A stretch of 39,015 nucleotides of DNA from a virus, in IMG/VR virus record IMGVR_UViG_3300045257_000314, positions 1 to 39,015 of that record; one strand, written 5' to 3'. Within the stretch, counting starts at the first letter, position 1. Each line of letters starts with the position of its first letter. The notes beneath the pieces are model-generated. The model saw only the letters and a list, made by a program, of their open reading frames with translations, did not search any database and was not told the origin of the DNA. Position numbers and translations under genes: made by a program. Below are positions 22,197-30,386 of the stretch, one piece after another.

Positions 22197-23066
22197 TTAG
22201 CTGCGACTGCGCTCGGCATCGGCGCGCATCTGGGCCGTCATCGCATCAATCTGCGCTGGGCTCAGCTTGCGGGCGTCTTTCGGCGACAGGGTCGCGTATT
22301 CCTCAATCGAAACGTTGCCGTCTGAGTGGCTCGAGCCATTGGCGCGTTCGGGCGTGGCGCGCGAGCCGACCAACCGACCGCGCAGCCCCTGAAGTTCGGC
22401 CTCGAGCCGAGCCACCTGGTCCTCGCGCGAGCGTTTGCCCAGGTCGAACGCACGTTTGGCCAGGTCCGCGGCGGACGGGGCGCTGTGCAGGGTCTGGTAC
22501 TCGTTCTCGCCGACACCCTCGAGGTCGCGCAGCGTTGAAAAATCCTGGGCCATCTCGGTCAGGATCTGCTGCCGCGTGGCCTGCTGAAGCTGTTGCGCTT
22601 CACGGTTACCGCCGTACATCTGTGCGAGCTCACGCCGGGCCCGATCCACGGTTGCCCAGTCATTGGACCCCAGGTCCTGGAAGAGACTGTCCACGCGTTG
22701 CGTGGCTTCGCGCTGCGTTTGCTCGTATTGCTGCGCGCGTGTGCGTTCGGCCTGCTCCCGTTCGTGCTTGGCTTGACCTTCTGCCAGACCACGCTGGTAC
22801 GCCTCGTCGGCAGCTCGTCGGCGGGTCCCCCGTGTCTCACCCTGGCTTAGCTCAGGTGAGGCAACGGTTCCAGCGCTCTCGGGCGGCGGTTCGGGGATCG
22901 TGGCTTCGTCAGGGTCCGGTGCGTCGTCGGCGGGTGGTGCGGGCGTGGTCTCAGGGGGTCTCAGGCTCTCGGGGTAGATCGATTGATCGGGACCGAGAGC
23001 GATGGTGACCTGGGACTCGCCGTCCGGACTCGTCGGGGCAGGTGCGCCTGGCTCAGCGTCTGGCAT
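22197..23066 (-). CDS. Scaffolding protein
   Basis: 289 aa. The N-terminus is Pro/acidic-rich and is followed by a long charged coiled coil (AEGQAKHEREQAERTRAQQYEQTQREATQR). It lies directly upstream of the capsid gene. Confidence 0.65.
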   Translation of the reverse strand: MPDAEPGAPAPTSPDGESQVTIALGPDQSIYPESLRPPETTPAPPADDAPDPDEATIPEPPPESAGTVASPELSQGETRGTRRRAADEAYQRGLAEGQAKHEREQAERTRAQQYEQTQREATQRVDSLFQDLGSNDWATVDRARRELAQMYGGNREAQQLQQATRQQILTEMAQDFSTLRDLEGVGENEYQTLHSAPSAADLAKRAFDLGKRSREDQVARLEAELQGLRGRLVGSRATPERANGSSHSDGNVSIEEYATLSPKDARKLSPAQIDAMTAQMRADAERSRS

Positions 23067-23142
23067 TTCTCAGACACGCCTACGATAACACCGCGCAAGT
23101 CCGACCGACTCAACCCTCCGGCGCTATAGTGCGCAGCACATC

Positions 23143-23177
23143 AAAAAAGCTCCCGCACAGCGCAAACTGCCGGGAGC
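23143..23177 (-). terminator. Intrinsic terminator on the minus strand (hairpin plus T6), between the ejection-protein genes and the scaffold gene
   Basis: On the minus strand: gctcccggcag...ctgtgcgggagc followed by TTTTTT (plus-strand AAAAAA at 23143-23148, stems at 23149-23155 and 23171-23177). Confidence 0.6.
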
Positions 23178-23202
23178 ACGGCACCGAAGGAGGTTCTTCC
23201 GG

Positions 23203-23445
23203 ATGCAGACTCAGTCTAAATCCTGGCCCCTGGTCCTCGCGATCTTGATCGCCGCGCTGATGCTCTGCGCAACCCTGCTCGTCCTCAATCTGCGCAGGAC
23301 GTACCCGTTCGTTGACACCACCAATAACAAACTGCTGATCGACAACACCGTGTACTTACGTTTGCTGAGCAGCGGCTGCACGACGGTGCCCACGCCGGCT
23401 GGCGGAGTCGCCGCGGTCAGTTGCCCACTCTGGGTCTCGCCCTAG
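23203..23445 (+). CDS. Moron-like membrane-anchored small protein on the opposite strand
   Basis: GAAGGAGG lies 9 nt upstream of the ATG and a TATAGT -10-like box is at 23125-23130. An N-terminal TM segment (WPLVLAILIAALMLCATLLVLNL) is followed by a ~50-aa tail. Hand-counted GC3 of about 82% supports coding. Confidence 0.7.
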   Translation: MQTQSKSWPLVLAILIAALMLCATLLVLNLRRTYPFVDTTNNKLLIDNTVYLRLLSSGCTTVPTPAGGVAAVSCPLWVSP

Positions 23446-26400
23446 CCGCCCAGGAGCGACTGAATGAGCGCCTGGTGCTGCGCCAGACGCGCTGACGCGC
23501 CTGGGTCGGTGTATTGATTGCCGAGGATGTCCGGGCCATAGCCCACCACTGGCGCCAGCACCCCCGTCGACTGCATACGGCTCTGGGCCGCGCCAGGCGT
23601 GCGCACGATGTCGCCCAGCACCATCCGACCAGCGGCCGACGCCGCGGCCGAGTCGATACGCTCAAGCGCCGCGCGTTGCGCGTAGGGCTGCATCTGTTGA
23701 AACTGCGGCGACGCCACCAGCGGCGCGGCTGACCGCTCCAGGATCTGGCCGCGATACTGCTCGAAGGCGCGCTGCTCCTCAGGCTTGAGCCGCAGTTCGT
23801 TGGCTGGGCCGTAGGGAATCGTGGCTGGCGGCCCGGACGGCGCCACCCCCAGACGTTGCATCGCCTCGAGCAGCGGCGTCGGCTGACCAGCGGCGGTCTT
23901 CACCGGCAGCAACTCCCCCAGGCCTTGCAACGGGTTACTGATGGGTCGCCCGAGCACGTCCTGGCGCGCGGGCAGGCCCTCACGCAGTCCAGGAATGTTC
24001 TGAGCGACGTGCTCGAGGACACTCTGCGGCAGCTCCTGCAGCGTGCGCGGCGTGAGCGTCTGGCGTTGCGTCGGGTCGGTCATCTCCGCCACCGATCGCA
24101 CCGTGCCCGACGCGGGAACCATGCCACCCAGGACTTTCGAAGCAACATCGCCCGCCGCACTCATGCCGGCACCGGACGCGTTCGAGCTCGAGCCCACCGC
24201 GTCGTACAGATCGGCGAGGGTCCGCATCGGCGTCGCTGATGCCACCTGCCGCCCAATCTCCGACACCAGTTGCCAGGCCGCGGCGGTGAGCGGCTCTTCA
24301 ATGCCGTACGCCTGCGGGCCGGCCGTCTGTTTGGTCGCCAGGGCTTTGGTGTAGGCCTGGTACGCATCCGCGTAGGCCCCGGCGGTCATCAACGGTCCGC
24401 GCAGTTGTGGCGGCAGTTTCTGCCAGCTGTGGTACGCCCCGTCGGGGCCGATGAAGCTATTCGGCTGGTTGCCGTTCGCCAGCCACGCCTGATGCTGGCC
24501 GGGGTCGGTCGGGCCGTCGCCGGTGACCTGGCCGGCCAGGGCTTTGTTGGCCAGCCACATGCTGGCAACGGTGCCGATGATGTTGTTGGTCAGCCGCTCG
24601 GTGAGCGGTCCGACCGCCGTGCCCGTCGGCGTGCTGCCCAGCCCCGCGGCATACGGGCCTTTTCCAGCCAGACCTCGGGCGACGTCGAAGCCCGTGCCGA
24701 CCAGACCCAGCGGCGACGCCTCGACCATGCGGCTGCCGAGAGCCATGCCCATGCGGTACACCGGGAACAACGCATCGCCGATCGGACCGGCGCGATTGAC
24801 GAAGTTGCCGAACGCACTGGCCAGCGTGCCGAGATCGCCGCGGCCCGCGGTCCGATCGCCCACCGCCTGCGCGCGGGCAACGACGTCCGCCGGTAGCCGC
24901 CCGAGCTCGGTGCTGAAATTGCCCTTCCAGCCCGGACTGAAAATGGTGTTGCCAGCAGCATCACCCGCCGCGGCGCCCATCTCCATCCGTTGGATCAATT
25001 CCGAGGTCGCGTTCTGGAACGCGCCATGCAACGCACCCATCCCCTCGATGAGATTCGCTATGACTCTTGGCGCGCCGCCGCCAGCCCGCGCCGACAGCGA
25101 CGTGGGGCGTGACAGCGAATCGCTCAGGCCGGCCAGGAAGTGATCGCCCCAGTCGGCGATGCCGGACATGGCCCCCAGCGTGCGGCCAGCCATGCGCCCC
25201 GGTGAGAGTGACACGAGATCCCGCACGTACCCCGCGCCGGCGCTCAGGATGGGGCTGAGCGTGGCATTCGAGGCCACGTCAGCCATCGTGTTGAGCCCGC
25301 CAATGACGCCACCCTTGTACGCACCCTGAAGCCAGTCGGCCGCGCTGATACCACCAGGGGCCGATGGCGCCGCTCGAGCAAGCCGCATCGCCTGTCCGGC
25401 ACCCGCAACTCCGGCGAAGCCAGCCCCAGCGCCGAGCGCGGTGCGCAGCGCACGTTCCTGGGGCGACGCATCGTCGGGCGTGGTCTCGTAGCCCGCCAGG
25501 CCGCCGGCCGCGGCACCACCCAGGTGCGCCGCGAACTCGGCCGATGCCATGCCGCCCTGCGTGCCACTGATCGCGTTGCGGACCTTGTCGAGCGAGTCCG
25601 GGAAGATGATGTTGACGTCGTGCTCGATGGGAACTCCGGATGCGTCGGTCATCGGGATGCGCTTGCCGCCCGAGTGCTGAATGCCATCGAAGCCGGCGTC
25701 GGCGAGCACCTGGTTGGCAGCAGTCTTGCTCCCGTCGCCGACCTCGCCGCGGATCGTGTCATACACCGACGCACCATCGACAGCGGGCGTCGACCAGCTC
25801 TGGACCTCGGCTCGCGTCTCCGGATCTGCAAGTGCATCCGTCCCCCAGAGCCGTTTGGCGATCGCCTCAGCCTGGTCCGCGGGCACCGGGCGTTCCATGT
25901 CAAACAGGTTCAGGTTCTGCGGCACGTCGATGGCGCGAACATTCGGTCCAGCGAACTGCTGGATCTGCGTCTGAGCCTTCGTGAGCAGATCCTCGAGCGC
26001 TGTACGTCCACTCTCAGATAGGTCCGGGTTCTGGAGCGCCTGACGAATGCCGTCCACCTGGTCGGTAAGAATGTTCAGACTGTCCGGCGGTGGTGCGGTC
26101 TCCTGGGCATAGCCCCGGCTGATCACGGACCCCGGCGCTCGTTTGACTGAACTCTTGAGCCACGACGGCCCCACCTGCTCGCCACCGCTCGCCACGACAC
26201 CACCAGCAACGCGCGGATCGCTCGTCAGGTAGTAGCCCGGCCCGAACAAATTGTCCTCGCCGCTCACCGCCGACGGATCGACCCTGGGGAAGTCTGAGCC
26301 CGTGCCGTGGAACATCCGCGTCGCCTGCTCCTCGAGCGGGGCACCCTGAGTGGACGCGTACGCCACAGACGGTGGGCTGAGCCTGTCCAGCGCGCCCAAT

Positions 26401-28751
26401 CCCCGCCCCAGCACCTCACCACCCAACTCTGGCAGGTAGCGTTCGGCTGCACCGAGCAGACGCGGCGCGCCGGCCTCCACGGCCGGCCCGGCGAGCACAT
26501 TCCCCGCCTGACCCAGGATCTGCGAGTACGGCTGCGGCACACCCGCGGCCTCGAGCCCCGCCGAGACCGCGGGGCTGACGTCGGCCTGTGGGCCACCGAT
26601 GAACGGCTGGATAGCTTGCAGACCCAGGCCGACCCCGCCGCCCAGCGTCCCCAGAATGTCCCCCCGCCGCGCTGAGTCAAGGACGTTGGCGGCCTGGGTG
26701 AACTGGTCGGGCGTCTGAAGGGCTTGCTGGCGCTGCTGCTCGAGAACCGACAGCGCGCCGCCCCCGAACCGCCCCAGGGGAGCGAGCAGATTGCCCGCAC
26801 CCTCGAGCGCCTGGCCGCCGATATTCGGGATGCCCTGGCTCGTCAGGGCATTCTGCTGCAGGATGCCCTGAATGGTGGTCGGCGCCTGCGAGATGTCGCT
26901 CTGCGCGTTCCCCAGTACGTTTTGCCCCTGGGCGAGCAAGTCCTGGCCAGCCTTCGACGCGCTCGAGCCGACGTCCTGCACCGCCTGAAGGATGCTGTTG
27001 GCTTTGGCCTGCAGTCCGCTCGAGGTCGGGGACAGAATGCTGCCGACCAGGTCGCGGCCTTGCTGGAGCTGCTGGGTGTTCTGGCCGAGCAGATTGCCGA
27101 TGTCCGACAGGCTCTGACCGCCCAGAAATGGCAGCGGCGCGTTGCCGACCGCCTGACCGATCGACGACCCGAGGTCGGGCTGAGCGGATGAGCCAGGCTG
27201 CATCGTGCCCATCGTCAGACGCGCACTTGACTGGGCGAGCCCGTCAGACTGAGCGAGCGGGTGGTCGGCGAAGATCGCCGCGCGCACCGCACCGTGCGAC
27301 TGGGACATGCCGTTGATCTGATCGGGCGTCATCCATTCGGAGCCGCCCTTCAGGTCCGTGCCCGACGTGCCGACGTGCAACTGGCCGGTCTGCTGGTTGT
27401 AGCCGTCGACGTAGTAGTAATGCCCAGGCGTGTCGAGAATGACCGGGTTGCCGCCGGACGCGTCGCGGCCAACCTGGGCCCAGTCCACGCCCGCGGTCAT
27501 GTGCGCATCCACGCCCATCGTCTTGAGGAGTTGGACCTCGGACTGCGGCCCGGCCATGCCCTGGTCGGGATTCCAGCCCACCTGCTGGGCAAGCTGCTTC
27601 GCTTCGGCAACTGTGGGGTTGCGTCCGAAGGACTGGGCGAAGGCCAGCGCCGCGGTCGGCCCGCAGAACGCCATCGCGTCGCCCGAGCTCAGCCCCAGAC
27701 CGAACTGCGAGGTGCGCGCGACCGCGGACTGCACGCCCTGCACGGCCGTGTTCACCGCGCTCAGTCCGGTCTGTGCAGCGTTCCCGAGCGCCTGTCCTGC
27801 GCCGCCAAGAATATTCTTGACGTAGGTCTGCGTTTCCTCGAACGGGGGGATGCCGCCGTACTTGTCGACGTTGCCAGGACCGGCGTTGTACGCGGACAGC
27901 GCCTTGCTCCAGTCGCCGCCGTACTTGTCCAGGTACGACTTCATGAGGTTCGCGGCGGCCGGCAAGGCCTGCTGCGGGTTCGTGGGATCGATACCCAGCC
28001 CGCGCGCCGTCTCGGGCATGAACTGGGCGATGCCCTGCGCGCCAGCAGGCGAGCCCGCGTTGGGGTTGAAGTTGGACTCTTGCTTGATCTGACGCGTGAA
28101 AATGCCGGGGTCGATCCCCGCAGCCTGGGCGGCCTGGCGCGTCTGATCGATCAGATCGCCGGGTGCGTTCGGCTGAGGTCCGGGCGTCGGCGCGGGCGAT
28201 GGGCCTGAGGTCTGCTCAGGCGAGGGCTGAGACGTAGGCAAGCCAGGGACAGGCGCTGCATCGGCTGGACTCGGCGACGGCGGCGGCTGCCCAGCAGCGG
28301 ACGGATTGAGCAGGTTCTGAATCTGCTGCTGCGCCCAGGTCTGACCTACATCCGGGGTTGATGGCGCGGGCGCGGGGGTTGGCATTGGGGCCGGCGCTGG
28401 CGTGGACGCCGGTGATGGCGGCGTGATGCCCCCACCGGTCAGGTCGCTGGGGGCCGGCAATGCCCCGGCTCCGGGCGTCGTACCACCGATCGGCACGGGC
28501 GGCGCTGGCGCCGGCATCGGCGTGGGCGGCGGGGCTTCGACGGGCGGGGCGACCGGGGCTGGCGCAGCGGGCGCTGGCGGTGGCGTGGGCGACACCTGGG
28601 GCACCATCTGCTGTAAGCGGCCCATCGTGTCCTGCATCGCCTGCTGGGCCCAGTTCACCCCGGCGTGGACGTTCTGGGTCTGCTGCTGCGCCCACAACTG
28701 CCCTGCCGTTTGCAGGTAGGTCGCGTCGTCGAGCCAGATACCGCTCGGCAT
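23442..28751 (-). CDS. Polyvalent virion/ejection protein (1769 aa): Pro-rich N-terminus, SLT lytic transglycosylase, C39-like Cys peptidase, Gly/Gln-rich linker, ART-like domain, large C-terminal region
   Basis: SLT: FTRQIKQESNFNP...GAQGIAQFMPETA...LSAYNAGPGNV (aa ~200-312). Peptidase: AMAFCGPTAALAF...TPGHYYYVDGY (aa ~350-480). ART-like: RMFHGTGSDF...GPGYYLTSD...GFDGIQHS...IEHDVNIIFP (aa ~811-1058). Confidence 0.75.
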   Translation of the reverse strand: MPSGIWLDDATYLQTAGQLWAQQQTQNVHAGVNWAQQAMQDTMGRLQQMVPQVSPTPPPAPAAPAPVAPPVEAPPPTPMPAPAPPVPIGGTTPGAGALPAPSDLTGGGITPPSPASTPAPAPMPTPAPAPSTPDVGQTWAQQQIQNLLNPSAAGQPPPSPSPADAAPVPGLPTSQPSPEQTSGPSPAPTPGPQPNAPGDLIDQTRQAAQAAGIDPGIFTRQIKQESNFNPNAGSPAGAQGIAQFMPETARGLGIDPTNPQQALPAAANLMKSYLDKYGGDWSKALSAYNAGPGNVDKYGGIPPFEETQTYVKNILGGAGQALGNAAQTGLSAVNTAVQGVQSAVARTSQFGLGLSSGDAMAFCGPTAALAFAQSFGRNPTVAEAKQLAQQVGWNPDQGMAGPQSEVQLLKTMGVDAHMTAGVDWAQVGRDASGGNPVILDTPGHYYYVDGYNQQTGQLHVGTSGTDLKGGSEWMTPDQINGMSQSHGAVRAAIFADHPLAQSDGLAQSSARLTMGTMQPGSSAQPDLGSSIGQAVGNAPLPFLGGQSLSDIGNLLGQNTQQLQQGRDLVGSILSPTSSGLQAKANSILQAVQDVGSSASKAGQDLLAQGQNVLGNAQSDISQAPTTIQGILQQNALTSQGIPNIGGQALEGAGNLLAPLGRFGGGALSVLEQQRQQALQTPDQFTQAANVLDSARRGDILGTLGGGVGLGLQAIQPFIGGPQADVSPAVSAGLEAAGVPQPYSQILGQAGNVLAGPAVEAGAPRLLGAAERYLPELGGEVLGRGLGALDRLSPPSVAYASTQGAPLEEQATRMFHGTGSDFPRVDPSAVSGEDNLFGPGYYLTSDPRVAGGVVASGGEQVGPSWLKSSVKRAPGSVISRGYAQETAPPPDSLNILTDQVDGIRQALQNPDLSESGRTALEDLLTKAQTQIQQFAGPNVRAIDVPQNLNLFDMERPVPADQAEAIAKRLWGTDALADPETRAEVQSWSTPAVDGASVYDTIRGEVGDGSKTAANQVLADAGFDGIQHSGGKRIPMTDASGVPIEHDVNIIFPDSLDKVRNAISGTQGGMASAEFAAHLGGAAAGGLAGYETTPDDASPQERALRTALGAGAGFAGVAGAGQAMRLARAAPSAPGGISAADWLQGAYKGGVIGGLNTMADVASNATLSPILSAGAGYVRDLVSLSPGRMAGRTLGAMSGIADWGDHFLAGLSDSLSRPTSLSARAGGGAPRVIANLIEGMGALHGAFQNATSELIQRMEMGAAAGDAAGNTIFSPGWKGNFSTELGRLPADVVARAQAVGDRTAGRGDLGTLASAFGNFVNRAGPIGDALFPVYRMGMALGSRMVEASPLGLVGTGFDVARGLAGKGPYAAGLGSTPTGTAVGPLTERLTNNIIGTVASMWLANKALAGQVTGDGPTDPGQHQAWLANGNQPNSFIGPDGAYHSWQKLPPQLRGPLMTAGAYADAYQAYTKALATKQTAGPQAYGIEEPLTAAAWQLVSEIGRQVASATPMRTLADLYDAVGSSSNASGAGMSAAGDVASKVLGGMVPASGTVRSVAEMTDPTQRQTLTPRTLQELPQSVLEHVAQNIPGLREGLPARQDVLGRPISNPLQGLGELLPVKTAAGQPTPLLEAMQRLGVAPSGPPATIPYGPANELRLKPEEQRAFEQYRGQILERSAAPLVASPQFQQMQPYAQRAALERIDSAAASAAGRMVLGDIVRTPGAAQSRMQSTGVLAPVVGYGPDILGNQYTDPGASARLAQHQALIQSLLGG

Positions 28752-28754
28752 ACG

Positions 28755-30386
28755 CTACGCCAGGGCGGTCTGGGTCGGGGCCTGCTGGCCGATGCGACTC
28801 TGCTGGTACTGCTGCAGGAACGACGGCAATGACCCGCCCGCGGCACCGATGCCGCTGCCCAGCGCCTGGAGCTCGTCCGGACTCAGGCGCTCGAGCGCAC
28901 CGGGCCCGAGGCTCTGGGCGCCCTGGCCCATGATGCCCTGGATGGCGCCCAGCGTCTGGTTGTAGTCCCAGCCTGGCGTCGCCGACGTCGTGCCACCCAA
29001 TTGACCGGCGAGACCTGCGGCCGTCTGCGTGTTCGGCGGCGTGCTGCCCGTCCCCTGGAACGCGGGCATGCCGATGTTATTGGCCAGCGACTGCAGATAC
29101 GTGGGCACGTTCTGATTGCCTTGGGCGCCGCGGAGATAATTCGAGAGCTGAAACGTGTTCTGCGGACCCTGGAGCTGCGCGGCCGTGCTCAAGTACTGCT
29201 GGCCGAGCTGGCCCTGCTGCAAGCCGAACGACTGCTCGAACTGCGCCTGTTGCTGCGCCTGTTGAGCGGCGAACTGCTGCTGGGCCTGGGCGAGTTGACG
29301 GGCGAACTCGCTGGCAGCCTCAGTCGGCGCGCCCTGGTACTGGCCACTGAGTTGCGCTTGCTGCAGCGCACCCGCGAGCGTCTGCTGCCCAGCCCCACCA
29401 CCACCAGCCGGCGTCTGGGCGCCGCCTGAAGCGCCCGGTGCAGCGGCAGCCGCGCCGGCAGGACTGTAGCCGGTCGGCAGGCCGTACGCGACGTTGCCAC
29501 TCTGGGCAAACCCCTGCGACCACTCAGATTGGGCCGTCTGCTGAGCCTGGCCCTGAGGCATGCCCGCGACACTCATGAGTTGCTGGATGCGCGCCTGCAT
29601 GTACTGGTCCTGGGGATTCGCCCCACTGCCCGCGGTGGGCGCGCCGGTCGTCGTCTGGCCGCCCATCGACGGCATGCCGTAGGCCACGTTGCCGGATTGA
29701 GCAAAACCCTGGCCCCATTCAGACTGCGCGGTCTGCTGCGCCTGCGCCAGGCCCATGCCGGCCACGCTCATGAGCTGCTGCGTCCTGGCCTGGATGTACT
29801 GGTCCTGGGGGTTCGCCGCCGCCGCGCCGCCGCCGGTCGTGGTGCCAGTACCACCCGCCGCGCCGCCGCCGGTTGGGTTCGTCCACTGGGCGACGCTGGG
29901 CACGCTCGATGGCGGGTTGAAGTAGCCCGTCAGTCCTGCAGTCGTCGCGGCCTGGCTGTACTGCTGAGCCTGCTGGGCCAGGGCGAGCTGGCTCTGGAAC
30001 TGCTGTTGCTGCAGTTGGGCGAGCTGCTGGTTGATCTGCAACTGCGGAATGCCCAGTTGCTGCATCTGCTGCTGGGCGAACTGCAACTGAGCGTCGAACT
30101 CGGCTTTTTGCTGGGCGAGCTGGGCCTGGGTGACGCCCGAAACCTGGGCGCCCAGCGCGTTCAGGCCGCCCAGGTTGGGATTGACCAGACCCTGAGGATT
30201 GATCGTCGTCGGGCCTGGATTCGGTGCCGTGCCGCCGCTTGAGGAGCTGTCGCCACCGAAGCTGCCACCCGTCCACGACGACATGCCCCGCGCGCTGGCC
30301 GCGGTCTGCTCGGCTTCCTGCAGCGAGTTGCCGCTGGCATAGATCGTCCCGCTTCCTGACGGATCCGGCAGCGCATACGTTGGCAT
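28755..30386 (-). CDS. Gln-rich low-complexity internal virion/ejection protein
   Basis: The tracked ORF starts at TTG 30389. The ATG at 30386 shares a base with the upstream TGA. It contains a 65-aa-period internal duplication. Confidence 0.55.
   Translation of the reverse strand: MPTYALPDPSGSGTIYASGNSLQEAEQTAASARGMSSWTGGSFGGDSSSSGGTAPNPGPTTINPQGLVNPNLGGLNALGAQVSGVTQAQLAQQKAEFDAQLQFAQQQMQQLGIPQLQINQQLAQLQQQQFQSQLALAQQAQQYSQAATTAGLTGYFNPPSSVPSVAQWTNPTGGGAAGGTGTTTGGGAAAANPQDQYIQARTQQLMSVAGMGLAQAQQTAQSEWGQGFAQSGNVAYGMPSMGGQTTTGAPTAGSGANPQDQYMQARIQQLMSVAGMPQGQAQQTAQSEWSQGFAQSGNVAYGLPTGYSPAGAAAAAPGASGGAQTPAGGGGAGQQTLAGALQQAQLSGQYQGAPTEAASEFARQLAQAQQQFAAQQAQQQAQFEQSFGLQQGQLGQQYLSTAAQLQGPQNTFQLSNYLRGAQGNQNVPTYLQSLANNIGMPAFQGTGSTPPNTQTAAGLAGQLGGTTSATPGWDYNQTLGAIQGIMGQGAQSLGPGALERLSPDELQALGSGIGAAGGSLPSFLQQYQQSRIGQQAPTQTALA
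29475..29816. repeat. Diverged tandem duplication (~195-bp period) inside the Gln-rich gene
   Basis: ANPQDQYIQARTQQLMSVAGMGLAQAQQTAQSEWGQGFAQSGNVAYGMP against ANPQDQYMQARIQQLMSVAGMPQGQAQQTAQSEWSQGFAQSGNVAYGLP. Confidence 0.8.

Noticed and set aside
23203-23445. The moron as compositionally foreign DNA
   Set aside because: One short stretch is AT-richer, but overall GC is only slightly lower than the surroundings and hand-counted GC3 is about 82%. Codon usage therefore looks native, and only orientation and its own signals mark it as a moron.
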